A DNA stretch of 64,000 nt from an uncultured Acidobacteriota bacterium (GCA_963749835.1 CAVVOD010000001.1:3926851-3990850); one strand, 5' to 3'. Counted from the first letter of the stretch, positions 17,374-27,510 are shown. Program-made: numbers and translations. The notes: generated by a model from the sequence alone, not told the origin.

Positions 17374-18823
17374 TCAGGCGCGTGCGAAGTCGATGAACCC
17401 GCGCTCCGCGTTGGTGCTCACGAGCCTCACCCGAAGGCGGTCGCCGACATCGAGACCTTCTGCGCCACGCTCGAGCTTGCCCTCCACCGGCGGACGATCC
17501 ACCCGCACCCACGTCCCCTTGGCGGATGCGCCTGTCACGATCGCGTTGAACTCCTGACCGATGCGGCCGGACATCCAGAGCGCGGCCGCCGCCTTCCGGA
17601 CGAGCCGCTCCACCTTGTTCGCCGCATCTTCCTGCCTGGTGCAGTGTTCGGCGAGCGGTATCAGCTCCGCCAGGGTGTACGGAGCGCCCCGCTTGTCGAT
17701 CGCCGCCTTGAGCAGGCGCTGCGTCACCAGATCGGGAAAGCGGCGGTTGGGCGCCGTCGAGTGTGTATAGTTCGAGACCGCCAGCGCGAAATGCCCGGAC
17801 GATTGGCTGGTCGGTCCCTCGGCCACATACTCACCGCGGCCGAGCAGCTTGATGATCGCAAGCGAGACGTCCCCGAACTCCTCGGGCGCCGCGGCTCGCC
17901 GCGCCCGCAGAAAGGCCTCCAGCGCCGGAGCGTCCGGCTCCGCAGGCAACGTCGTCCCGTACCTGACCCGCAAGTTCGACGATGCGCGGCCACCGATCGG
18001 GTGAGCGGACGACGCGCCGCAGCGAGGGAAAGTTGCGCGAGGAGAGGAACCTGGCGGTCACGCCGTTGGCCGCCACCATGAAGCTCTCAATCAGGTCGCG
18101 CGCTCGATTGGGCTCCTCCGTACGCAGCTCTGCGACCTTGCCGTCCGTCAGCACCGGCTTGACCTCAGTGCGGTCGAAATCGAGTGCCCCCTCCTGCCGC
18201 CGGCGCTCCCGCAGCAGACCCGCCAGACGATCCTGCAAACGGACCTGCTCTTGCAGGCCCGGCACAGTAGCCATCGCGGCGGGGATCGGGCCGGTGCCAT
18301 CCAGCCACGCCCCGACGCCGTTGTAGGTCAGCTTCACGTGATTGCGCACGAGGGCGGGGTAGACGTCCGAGCCGACGAGCGCTCCATCGCCGCCGCCAAT
18401 CGTCATGTCGACGACGACCGCGACGCGATCCTGCCCTTCGTTGAGCGACGTGAGATCGGTCGAGAGCTGCGGCGGCAGCATCGCGAAGATGCGGGCCGGC
18501 GTATACACCGACGTGGTGTTGGTCTTGGCGTGGGCGTCGAGCGCAGAGTCACGGTTCACGAGCGCATCGACATCGGCTATCGCAACGAGGAGGTGGGTAC
18601 CGCCGTCATCGATACAGACCTCGAGCTGATCGAGATCCCGCGAATCGTCGTTGTCTATAGAGGACCATGGCAATGCGCGCAAATCCCGCAGCCCGATACC
18701 GTCCGGCTGACGGAGGCCCGCCAGCTCTGCCTCAACCTGCGGCGGCCAGTCGGGCTCAAGGCCGTATTGAAGCATCGCCCGACGGGCGATGCCCTGGAGG
18801 GCGACCTCCTGATCCTGTGACAT
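17374..18823 (-). pseudogene. RNase II/R-family (RNB domain + S1) exoribonuclease, frame-disrupted (or assembly indel)
   Basis: Two overlapping ORFs (17831-18892 and 17374-17973) encode a contiguous RNB protein: ...SPDRWPRIVELAGQ | YGTTLPAEPDAPALEAFL... The junction is near 17959-17970. Start MSQDQE at 18823. C-terminal S1-like domain (GTWVRVDRPPVEGKL). Confidence 0.8.
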
Positions 18824-18986
18824 CTGCCCATCATAGCCGCTCACTGACGGCTGCCCTCGTGTCGGGGAATGAGTCCCCCGGAGCCAACCCATCGGTGGCG
18901 GGATGTGTCAAATGGGTGGCAGAACGAAGAAGAAACAGCCCGGGTCGATCTTCTGTGTTACGTGAGCGTTACAGGCGACGTATTAG

Positions 18987-19742
18987 ATGGTGATGTCAAT
19001 CGACGCACACAGCCGCGAAACCCGCCCCTTCGCGTCGGAGGTGAAATTCCTCGTCGACGCGACGACCGGGGCTGCGATCCGCAACTGGGTACGCGCATCC
19101 CTCGATCCGGACCCCCACGGCGGCGGGCCGTTCGGTGACGAATACCGGACCACCAGCCTGTATTTCGACACCGATGAGGGTGATGTCTTTCACCGGCGCG
19201 GCTCGTTCGGCCGGAGCAAGTATCGCGTGAGGCGATACGACGGCGCCTCGAGCGTCTTCCTCGAGCGCAAGCTGCGGCGGCCCGGCATCCTCGTCAAGCG
19301 GCGGACGACGGTTCCCATTGATGCGCTGGATCGGCTCACGGCACTGGATTCGGACCCGGACTGGGCCGGTGCCTGGTTCCATCGCCGGCTCCGGCTGCGC
19401 GACATCAACCCGGTCTGCGAAGTCTCCTACTTGCGGATGGCCCGCACCGCCCGCACGAGCGCCGGACCGGTGCGGCTCACGCTGGACGCTGACGTCCGGG
19501 TCGCGCCGGCGGCCCATGCGTGCTTCGGACTGGACTCGGGTGTCCCCGTCTTCGAGGACCGGGTGATCCTCGAGCTCAAGTACCGCCGCGAGCTGCCCCT
19601 CATCTTCAAGACGCTCATCGCCACATTTCTGCTCGCGCCACAGGCTGCGTCCAAATACCGCCTTGGCGTCGCCACACTGAAGGACGTCGGCTTCCCGCTG
19701 GTCGAGACCGTCACCGCGACCGGCGGTCTGTCGCATGTCTGA
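18987..19742 (+). CDS. VTC (polyphosphate polymerase/CYTH-like) domain-containing protein
   Basis: 251 aa. SEVKFLV N-terminus and YRTTSLYFDT, KYRVRRY, FLERKLRR strand pattern recalled from bacterial VTC-domain proteins. Confidence 0.7.
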   Translation: MVMSIDAHSRETRPFASEVKFLVDATTGAAIRNWVRASLDPDPHGGGPFGDEYRTTSLYFDTDEGDVFHRRGSFGRSKYRVRRYDGASSVFLERKLRRPGILVKRRTTVPIDALDRLTALDSDPDWAGAWFHRRLRLRDINPVCEVSYLRMARTARTSAGPVRLTLDADVRVAPAAHACFGLDSGVPVFEDRVILELKYRRELPLIFKTLIATFLLAPQAASKYRLGVATLKDVGFPLVETVTATGGLSHV

Positions 19743-20424
19743 GACCTGGCGAAGCCTTCTCGTCGTCGACACAGGCGCCCTGATCCTGATGATCGTCCGC
19801 CTGCTGGTGGCGCTCGTGCTCGGTCGGATCGTGGCGGTGATCTACCGGCGCAGCCGTCCGATGGGTGAGGAAGCCGAGTCCTTCGTGGTGACGCTGGTAC
19901 TCCTCACCGTCCTCATCGCGATGGTGACCCAGGTGATCGGCGACAACGTCGCGCGGGCCTTCAGCCTGGTGGGAGCCCTGTCGATCGTCCGGTTCAGGAC
20001 TGTCGTGCGGGACACGCAGGACACGGCGTACGTCATTTTCGCCGTCGCGATCGGGATGGCCGTTGGTGCCAACCATCCGGCGGTCGCCGTCTCCGGTCTG
20101 GCGATCGTCGCCTTCGCGGCGCTCGTCGTCATGAAGCCGCGCAGTACCGCCCAGCCCCTCGCGGCCGACCTTCCCTTCCGGCTCGAGGTGCGCATTGCGC
20201 TCGGTCAGGATGCGGACGTGGTGTTGGGACCGACGCTCGATCGGTTCCTGTCCGCACGCACACTGGACTCGATCGGTACCGGCAAGCAGGGACTCGCACT
20301 CGAGGTCACCTACGCGGCCTCCGTGCGCCCCGGCGAATCGGCCGCGCGGCTCGTGAACGCTTTGAACACCCTCGAAGGCGTGCAGGGTGTTATCCTCCGG
20401 CGCGCGGACACAGACGACGACTAG
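19735..20424 (+). CDS. DUF4956 domain-containing membrane protein
   Basis: 229 aa. N-terminal half has multiple TM helices (ILMIVRLLVALVLGRIVAVIY, FVVTLVLLTVLIAMV, YVIFAVAIGMAVG). 8-nt overlap with the upstream gene (ATGTCTGA). Confidence 0.7.
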   Translation: MSETWRSLLVVDTGALILMIVRLLVALVLGRIVAVIYRRSRPMGEEAESFVVTLVLLTVLIAMVTQVIGDNVARAFSLVGALSIVRFRTVVRDTQDTAYVIFAVAIGMAVGANHPAVAVSGLAIVAFAALVVMKPRSTAQPLAADLPFRLEVRIALGQDADVVLGPTLDRFLSARTLDSIGTGKQGLALEVTYAASVRPGESAARLVNALNTLEGVQGVILRRADTDDD

Positions 20425-20436
20425 AACGAGGAATAC

Positions 20437-22074
20437 ATGCACGTCGCGAAGAACGGAACGAAAACAGCGCGGTCGTGGACTATCCGCGCCGCGCTGGCCG
20501 GAGCCGTCGCGCTGACCGCCGTCCAGAGCGGGCTCGAGGCCCAGCGCGGCTTCGGCGGCCCGATGCAGCAGGATCGGAAGGTCGTCGCCCAGTTCGACAA
20601 GAACGGCGACAAGCGACTCGATGCGACGGAACGGAAGGCCGCGCGCGAATGGCTCGCGACGCAACCCGCTGTCGGCTTCGGCGGGCGTGGAGGATTCCGC
20701 GGCGGTAATGCCACGCCCGCAACGCCGGGCCGGCCGATGGCGCCGTCCGACGTGAAGTCGTATCCCTCAACGGTGCCGCTGTACGACATGGGCACGATCC
20801 GGACGCTCTTTCTTCATTTCGACGCGAACGACTGGGAACAGGAGCTGGCCGCGTTCAACAACACCGACGTCGAGGTACCCGCGGTAGTGACGGTGGACGG
20901 GCACACGTTCAAGGACGTCGGCGTCCACTTCCGCGGGATGTCGTCGTACTTCATGGTGCCCGAAGGGCGAAAGCGCTCGCTGAACGTGTCGCTCAACTTC
21001 GTCAACGACAAGCAGGAACTGGGCGGATACAGGACGCTCAATCTCCTCAACTCGAACAACGATCCCACGTTCCTGCGGGGCGTGTTGTACACGGAGATCG
21101 CGTCCCACTACCTTCCGACGCCGAAGATGAACTACATGCGCGTGGTCATCAACGGGGAGAACTGGGGACTTTACCTGAACGCCCAGCAGTACAACAAAGA
21201 CTTCACCCGGGACTTCTTCAAGTCCACGAAGGGTGCGCGCTGGAAGGTGCCCGGCAACCCGGGTGGCCGCGCGGGGTTCAACTACCTCGGCGACAAGGTC
21301 GCGGACTACCAGAACCTGTACCAGATCACCACCAAGGACGATCCGAAAGCCTGGACCGACCTGATTCACATGTTCAAGGTCCTGAACGAAACTCCTGCTG
21401 ACAAACTGGCGGCCGCGCTCAGTCCGCTACTCGACATCGACGGCGCGCTGAAGTTTCTGGCGCTCGACGTGGCGCTCGTCAACACCGATGGCTTCTGGAC
21501 ACGGGCGAGCGACTACAGCCTCTATCAGGACGAGAAGGGGATCTTTCACATCCTGCCGCACGACGTGAACGAAGGGCTCGGCGTCCAGGAAGGCCGCGGT
21601 CGACGGGGAGGGGGTCCGCCGCCGGGAGGCGAGCCGGGCGCGTTTACCGGGCGGCCGGGTGGTCCCGGAGGACCGGACGGACCCCGGTTCGTCGGTCCGG
21701 GCCCCGGAGGGCCCGGTGGCCCGGGCGGTCCCGGATTCGGCGGACGTGGAGGTCCCGATCTCGATCCGCTCGTGGGCCTCAATGACGAAGCGAAGGCGCT
21801 GCGCTCGAAGCTGCTCGCGGTGCCGGCGCTGCGTGCCAAGTACCTGGCGTATATGAATGACATCGCGTCCAAATGGCTCGACTGGACAACGCTGGGCCCC
21901 ATCGCGCAGAAGTATCACGACCTGATCGCCGCCGACGTCAAGGTGGACACCAGGAAGATCCACAGCACCGAGGAGTTCGAGTCCGGCTTGAACGGGAGTC
22001 TCAAGACCTTCGTCGACCAGCGGCGCGCCTTCCTGCTCAAGGCGACGGCGAACCAGGCGGCCGCAGCGCGTTAG
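20437..22074 (+). CDS. CotH kinase family protein (secreted)
   Basis: 545 aa. Signal peptide. EF-hand-like loop DKNGDKRLDATE. CotH core blocks (RSLNVSLNF, LNLLNSNNDPTFLRGVLY, NYMRVVINGENWGLYLN, HDVNEGLG). Gly/Pro-rich insert near 21585-21765. GAGGA precedes the start. Confidence 0.8.
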   Translation: MHVAKNGTKTARSWTIRAALAGAVALTAVQSGLEAQRGFGGPMQQDRKVVAQFDKNGDKRLDATERKAAREWLATQPAVGFGGRGGFRGGNATPATPGRPMAPSDVKSYPSTVPLYDMGTIRTLFLHFDANDWEQELAAFNNTDVEVPAVVTVDGHTFKDVGVHFRGMSSYFMVPEGRKRSLNVSLNFVNDKQELGGYRTLNLLNSNNDPTFLRGVLYTEIASHYLPTPKMNYMRVVINGENWGLYLNAQQYNKDFTRDFFKSTKGARWKVPGNPGGRAGFNYLGDKVADYQNLYQITTKDDPKAWTDLIHMFKVLNETPADKLAAALSPLLDIDGALKFLALDVALVNTDGFWTRASDYSLYQDEKGIFHILPHDVNEGLGVQEGRGRRGGGPPPGGEPGAFTGRPGGPGGPDGPRFVGPGPGGPGGPGGPGFGGRGGPDLDPLVGLNDEAKALRSKLLAVPALRAKYLAYMNDIASKWLDWTTLGPIAQKYHDLIAADVKVDTRKIHSTEEFESGLNGSLKTFVDQRRAFLLKATANQAAAAR

Positions 22075-22110
22075 TCCCGAGGAACGCGATCCGTCACGCG
22101 ATTGCGGGGA

Positions 22111-24765
22111 CTAGAACGAGAAATTGATCCCGACGTCGATCTTCCGGGCGTTCAACGCGCTGGTCGCCTGTCGCACGAGCGGGGACTGCAGATTCCCGTT
22201 GTAGCCCGAGTAGTTGACGTTGTTGGTGAGGTTCTGGGCGCTGACGTTGAACCCGATCCGGTAGCGCGGGGGGGCCGCGCCGCCCGTCTGCACGCTCGCC
22301 ACACCGTTGGTGAACGTGATGCCGGTGATGCCGCCGGGGGGCGCGACGGTGCGCTTCCCGATCGCGATCGAGTACGACAGGAACGAATTCAGGTTCCACT
22401 GTCCGGGCGTCCAGACCGTGTTGCGCCCCACTCCCGCGGGACGGTCGTTGAATACGAGGTCCCCGTTGTCGTCGAATCCGGTGGTGATCGTGTACGGCGT
22501 GCCTGTCGACGCGTTCAGGTTGACGTTCACGTTCAGGTTCCTGACCACGCCGGCGTTGATGCCGAGATTCAGGCGGTGGCGCCGAATCTCGCCAGGCACC
22601 TCTCCCCACTCACCCGCAGGGTTCCCGCTCGCCGGCAGACTGAACGCGCCGTCGGTGTTGTTCTCCGATCGGCCCGCCGTGTAATTGATGTTGACGGACG
22701 TGCGCTTCCAGTTGACACGCGGCGAGTTGGGCCCGTTCAGCGCCGGTGACGGCGCCGCGAGCGACAGGTTGGCATTCGCGGAAATCGTGTGCTGCTTCGA
22801 CCTGGCATCGGCGGCCACCTCCACGACGTTGACGAACGCGGGATCGGGACGGACACCGTTCACCGGCGCGTTGAGATTCCGGCCACTGAGCAGGCCCGAT
22901 CCGCGCGCGACGGCGTACAGCACGCCGAACCGGACACGGGGCGAGATGGTTTCGTCCACCCCGAAGCTCGCTCGCACGTTCCGCACCATCGACAGGCCGT
23001 CGGTGAGGAGATACCGGTTCGTGGCGCTGAGGCCACCGACATTGCCCGGATCGGGGAATGACGGATCTTCGATGTTCAGCTCCCGCTGGCGGAAGCCGTC
23101 CACCCGCAGCGTCTGCTCGTAGGTGTTGGCGGCCAGCCAGTCATAGAACACACCCCAGCTCGCCCGCAGAGATGTCTTCCCGTTCTTGAACGGCGCCCAC
23201 GTGATGCCGATACGCGGCCCGAGGCTGTTGAAGTCACTCAGGTGCGTCTGCACCTCGTACCGCAGGCCCGGGCTGACCGTCAGGCTCTTGCGCACGCGGA
23301 TGTCGTCCTGGATGTAGATGCCGGCCTGGACGTTCTGGTAGTCGATGTTCGGATCGCCGACGCGCTGCGTGAAGGTGCGCGGCTTCCCGGCCTGGAGCGC
23401 CTGCGGATTCTCGAAAAAGTATGTGCCCAGGTAGTTGGAGGAGTCGTCGGAATGATAGGACCCGCCGTCGACATGGATTCCCATCCGAACCGATTGGATG
23501 CCGCGGACGTAGTCGAGGTCGGACTGAAGATTGAACACGGTGCTCTGACGTCCGCCCTTGACCTGTGCGCCACCCGTGATCAGAGACTCCGAGCGATACG
23601 TGACCGCCTCCACGAGCGAGGCGGAGCTGGAGCGCTGACGCCCGATCTGCAGGCGCGTGTTCGTGAAGAAGCGGCGGCCCAGGGGACCGGCTTCCTGGAT
23701 CCTCAGGAAGAGGCCGGTGTTTTCCGTCGAGTACGCGCGCTCCGCCTCATCGGATCCACCAATCCCGAGGTTGTGACTCGTGAACCGATTGCGGTTCACG
23801 CTGATCCGCAGGGTCTGGTCGCGGGTAATCGCGTAGTCGAACAACCCGAATCCGAAGAGTCCCTCATTCGGCCGCTTGCCGAGCAGCCTGGCGACCGGGC
23901 CGACGCCGGGCACAAAGGCATACGTGTTCGGCGTGTCGAACGACGTCTGGGTGTTGAGGTTGATGGAAAAGGAGCTCTTGTTCTTCAGCAGCGAGCCGGC
24001 GGCGAAGAACCCGTAGTTCTGCATGCGCTCGGGCCCTTTGAGAGGGGCAAATGCGTTACGCGCACTCATGGATCCGTCGCGGAGCCGGATATTCACGCCG
24101 CCTCTCAACGCACCGATGCCGGGCTGCGTGATGATGTCGATGAAGAGGCCGCCCGCCGAGTGATTCTCCGCGGCAAATGCATCCCGTGTGATGTGGATCG
24201 ACTTGATCTGCGACTTCGGTGGAAGCTGACCGCCTTCGAAGCTGTCGACGCGGAGCACGGCGTTCGGACCGGCCATGTCCTGCAGCTGTTGCTGCATCTC
24301 GGCCGGATCGTCCGAGAGCGCTTCGATTTGCTCACGCGTCATCGCGGTCCCGAACTGCGCCTTCGGGTCGGCGGCCACCGTCTGCTTGTCCCTGCCGACC
24401 GTAACCTCCGTCTCCATCTTCTGGATCGAGAGAATCACCAGCTGCTTGTTGTCCCCGGGCCGCAGGCGCACGTCCTTGAGCAGGCCGGGATCGAAGCCGG
24501 GGAACTCTGCGTGAATCTCGTATCGCCCGGGCGCGAGCCCCTGAAACGTCGCCGCGCCCTTGTCGGTGGTCGTCATCGGCGGCACGACAGCCACCTTCGT
24601 GGCGTCTTCCAGTCCGACGATCCTGACCGAAGCATTGGGGATGACCGCGCCGCTCGGATCGGCGGCGGTGACGACGAGAGTGGCTGAGCGGGATGTCTGG
24701 GCGAGCGCCGGGGCTCCGATCGATGTGCAGCAGAGGACGGCGAATATGGTGAGCCAGCGATTCAC
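22111..24765 (-). CDS. TonB-dependent receptor-like outer-membrane protein with CarboxypepD_reg N-domain
   Basis: 884 aa. Signal peptide. N-terminal VVTAADPSGAVIPNASVRIV...YEIHAEFPGF (carboxypeptidase-regulatory-like fold). C-terminal beta-barrel ends ...KIDVGINFSF. The GTG start abuts the upstream stop. Confidence 0.85.
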   Translation of the reverse strand: MNRWLTIFAVLCCTSIGAPALAQTSRSATLVVTAADPSGAVIPNASVRIVGLEDATKVAVVPPMTTTDKGAATFQGLAPGRYEIHAEFPGFDPGLLKDVRLRPGDNKQLVILSIQKMETEVTVGRDKQTVAADPKAQFGTAMTREQIEALSDDPAEMQQQLQDMAGPNAVLRVDSFEGGQLPPKSQIKSIHITRDAFAAENHSAGGLFIDIITQPGIGALRGGVNIRLRDGSMSARNAFAPLKGPERMQNYGFFAAGSLLKNKSSFSINLNTQTSFDTPNTYAFVPGVGPVARLLGKRPNEGLFGFGLFDYAITRDQTLRISVNRNRFTSHNLGIGGSDEAERAYSTENTGLFLRIQEAGPLGRRFFTNTRLQIGRQRSSSASLVEAVTYRSESLITGGAQVKGGRQSTVFNLQSDLDYVRGIQSVRMGIHVDGGSYHSDDSSNYLGTYFFENPQALQAGKPRTFTQRVGDPNIDYQNVQAGIYIQDDIRVRKSLTVSPGLRYEVQTHLSDFNSLGPRIGITWAPFKNGKTSLRASWGVFYDWLAANTYEQTLRVDGFRQRELNIEDPSFPDPGNVGGLSATNRYLLTDGLSMVRNVRASFGVDETISPRVRFGVLYAVARGSGLLSGRNLNAPVNGVRPDPAFVNVVEVAADARSKQHTISANANLSLAAPSPALNGPNSPRVNWKRTSVNINYTAGRSENNTDGAFSLPASGNPAGEWGEVPGEIRRHRLNLGINAGVVRNLNVNVNLNASTGTPYTITTGFDDNGDLVFNDRPAGVGRNTVWTPGQWNLNSFLSYSIAIGKRTVAPPGGITGITFTNGVASVQTGGAAPPRYRIGFNVSAQNLTNNVNYSGYNGNLQSPLVRQATSALNARKIDVGINFSF

Positions 24766-25914
24766 TTACGAACCTCGAACTTCCTCGGGATCGATCTTGC
24801 TGTTGATCCGGAACCGATCGAATGTCGTCTCTTCGGTCGTATCCGGGCCGGTGGCCTTGCGCAGCCGGAACGGCCACTGCATGCCGTCCACTTCGCGATA
24901 GTCAGCGAAATAGATTCGGTACTCGACGGGCGGTCCGCCAGGACCAGGCCCTCGCCCACCGGGCCCGGCTCCGGCGCCCGGAGCACCGCCCGCAGGCGGA
25001 CCTCCGCCCCTGGTCGGTGCGGCGCCGGGTGGCGGGGTGGCGCCAGCTGGTGGTGGTGGTCCTGCCGCGACGGGAGGTCCGCCGCCAGGGGGAGCCGCCG
25101 GCGGGGCACTCGGCGCCGCAGTCGCGGGTGGCGTTGCCCCCGTCGGCGGAGCACCCGGTCCCGCTGCACCCGGACCCGCAGCCCCACCGGGCGCGGGAGG
25201 ACCGCCGCGCCCCGGCATGCCGCGCATGGGGCCGCTCGGCGCCTGCCAGCTCACCATGATCGGCAGGTGCGTCTGGCTGTTGACGAACAGCCGCACCGCG
25301 AAGTTGGACGGTCCCTTGACGTCGATCACGTCCGCCTTGCCCTGCGGCGCTTCGGCCTGGCCGGCGTACGTGAAGGTCACGGGATATGTGCTGAACGAGC
25401 CGGCAAACATCCCGAGGGTGAGCCGCACGAAGTCCTGTTTGACGCCGTCGACTCGCGCCTTGCGTCCGGCATCCTGCTGTGCGGGAGTCGGTCCGGGCGC
25501 TCCCTCCCGTCCGGCGGGCGGCGGAGGAGGCGCAGGTTGCTGGATGAGCTCGTCCCCCTTGAACCCGAGCGACGTCGGTCCGCTTTCCTGCGCGGGGATC
25601 TCATCCTTACGGACGTATTTGTCCGGGAGCTCGAAGAGGATCTCGAACTCGATGGGAACGAGGTTGTCGCCGCGGATCTGCCGGGTGCGGCCCGTCGCCA
25701 CGATACTCTTGACCGCCGACAGACGCGCCTCCCCGCCAAGCGCCTCGCGCGCCGCCGCCATGACTCGCGACGCTTCCGCTGACGACGCAGGCGTCTGAGC
25801 ACCCGCGGACGGGGCAGGCGTCTGGGCACTCGCGGGTGGCGCAGGCGTCTGGGCACTCGTGAACGTGGCGGCGGCGATGCCGCCGGCGAGCAATAACTGT
25901 CCAAATCCGCGCAT
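24766..25914 (-). CDS. hypothetical secreted protein (possible LolA-like fold) with long Gly/Pro/Ala low-complexity insert
   Basis: 382 aa. Signal peptide. AQTPAPxA x3 repeat. About 95-aa G/P/A-rich segment (nt ~24930-25215). The stop codon abuts the start of the TonB-receptor gene. Confidence 0.6.
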   Translation of the reverse strand: MRGFGQLLLAGGIAAATFTSAQTPAPPASAQTPAPSAGAQTPASSAEASRVMAAAREALGGEARLSAVKSIVATGRTRQIRGDNLVPIEFEILFELPDKYVRKDEIPAQESGPTSLGFKGDELIQQPAPPPPPAGREGAPGPTPAQQDAGRKARVDGVKQDFVRLTLGMFAGSFSTYPVTFTYAGQAEAPQGKADVIDVKGPSNFAVRLFVNSQTHLPIMVSWQAPSGPMRGMPGRGGPPAPGGAAGPGAAGPGAPPTGATPPATAAPSAPPAAPPGGGPPVAAGPPPPAGATPPPGAAPTRGGGPPAGGAPGAGAGPGGRGPGPGGPPVEYRIYFADYREVDGMQWPFRLRKATGPDTTEETTFDRFRINSKIDPEEVRGS

Positions 25915-26082
25915 CGTGGGACGCCTCCTGAGGCTGGCGATTTCCTGTTCTAAGACGGAATTCCCGCAGCAGAGGATGGGGTTTTCTGTCGTTATCGACG
26001 AAAAAAGTTCGGAGGGATATACGAGGGGCGACGGCGCAATGGACGCCGGGTCTCGCGAGGAGGACGAACGTACTGGCGCGGA

Positions 26083-26138
26083 TCGGGATTAGGGACTCGG
26101 GATTCGATCGGATCCCGGATCCCGGATCCCGAATCCCG
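26083..26138. repeat. palindromic heptamer array (GGGATTN arm / NGATCCC arm)
   Basis: gggattagggactcgggattcgatcggatcccggatcccggatcccgaatccc. Lies immediately downstream of the gene ending at 26141 and could fold as an imperfect hairpin. Confidence 0.7.
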
Positions 26139-26140
26139 TC

Positions 26141-27481
26141 TCATTCAGCAATGCAGTACAGGTATTTCTGCCCTCGCAGGTAAATCTCCCTGTCAGCAAG
26201 CGCGGGAGAGGCGTCGAAGCCGTCCGACAGCTTGTTCTCGGCGATGACCTCGAAGGTGGGACCGTGCTTCAGGACGAGCGTCACGCCGTCGCGCGACGGA
26301 ATGTAGACGCGACCGGCCGCGCCAACCGGGGAGGCGAACACCTCGGGTGCGAGCGGCAGCCGCTGCAGCTGGAAGTGCGGCTTTCCCGAACGCGCGTCGA
26401 GTGCCGACAGGATGCCGGTGTTCGACTTGAGAAAGTACAGGATGCCGTCATACAGCAGCGGTGACGGCACATACGGCGTGTCGCGATCGAGGCTCCAGGC
26501 AACCGCGTCGGTCCCCGTGATATCACCGCTCGCGCCGCCGAACTTGATCGCCTTCAGGCTGTTCCCGCGGAAGCCGCTCATCAGGTACACGAGGCTGTCG
26601 TCCGCCACCGGCGACGGGATCGGGTTCATCGTCAATCCGGCCGTGTGCCAGACGAGCGCGCCGGTCTCGAGGTCGTAGCTGCGGATGCGGTTCATCGCCG
26701 GCACCACCACCTGTGCGCGGCCGGCCCGGTTGATGACGAGCGGTGTCGCCCACGTGTCGATCTCGTCGCGCTTCTGGCGCCAGATCTCTTTTCCCGTGCG
26801 GGCATCGAGCGCGGTGATGAACGATTCCCCCGTGTGATCCCACACGACGACCAGCGTGTGGCCGTACAGAACGGGTGTGCTTCCCTCGCCGAAACGGTTC
26901 CGCATCGCCTTGTCGCCGAGATCGGTCTGCCAGAGCAGCGTGCCCTTCATGTCGTACGCGTACAGCCCGCGCGATTCGAACGACGCGATCACGATCTCCC
27001 CATTGGTGATCGCAGAGCTCGAGGCCCATGTCCCGAACTCGGGATGCGCCGATTCGTGCGGCGCTTCCTCCCGCGCGGTCCGTTCCCACACGACCTTGCC
27101 GGACGCACGGTCGATGGCCATCACCAGGAACTTGTGACTGGACGGCGTATTGCCGCGCGGCGCATGCGAGGCGTCGATCGCCACGCCAGCCGGAACGGCC
27201 GTCAGGAGAAAGATCCGATCGCCCCAGATGACCGGCGACGCCGATCCGCGGCCCGGGATCTCCACCTTCCAGCGGATGTTCTTCGTGTCGCTCCACTCGA
27301 GCGGCGGCGTGGCGGTCGTCGACACGCCGGTCGCGTGCGGCCCACGCCACTGCGGCCAGAATCGCTCGGCCGCCTGCTGCGCAGTGCGGACCGGTTGCGG
27401 GACGGGAAGCAAAAGGGTCAGCGACGCGACCGCGCCGACAATGGACGTGAACCGAGGAAGGAACATGACGGGTTGTAGCAC
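26141..27481 (-). CDS. PQQ-like beta-propeller repeat protein (BamB-like fold), secreted
   Basis: 446 aa. Signal peptide. Repeated W/G-containing blades (ERFWPQWRG, VWERTA, LLWQTDLG, EIWRQKRD, LVWHTAG). Confidence 0.75.
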   Translation of the reverse strand: MLQPVMFLPRFTSIVGAVASLTLLLPVPQPVRTAQQAAERFWPQWRGPHATGVSTTATPPLEWSDTKNIRWKVEIPGRGSASPVIWGDRIFLLTAVPAGVAIDASHAPRGNTPSSHKFLVMAIDRASGKVVWERTAREEAPHESAHPEFGTWASSSAITNGEIVIASFESRGLYAYDMKGTLLWQTDLGDKAMRNRFGEGSTPVLYGHTLVVVWDHTGESFITALDARTGKEIWRQKRDEIDTWATPLVINRAGRAQVVVPAMNRIRSYDLETGALVWHTAGLTMNPIPSPVADDSLVYLMSGFRGNSLKAIKFGGASGDITGTDAVAWSLDRDTPYVPSPLLYDGILYFLKSNTGILSALDARSGKPHFQLQRLPLAPEVFASPVGAAGRVYIPSRDGVTLVLKHGPTFEVIAENKLSDGFDASPALADREIYLRGQKYLYCIAE

Positions 27482-27510
27482 GCGGCGGGCGGAGGCTGCA
27501 ATGCGATCAG

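Noticed and set aside
22075-22110. Terminator hairpin in the 36-nt gap between the converging CotH and TonB-receptor genes
   Set aside because: Only short outer complementarity (AGTCCC/GGGGACT) with poorly pairing interior sequence. It is not convincing without 3'-end data.
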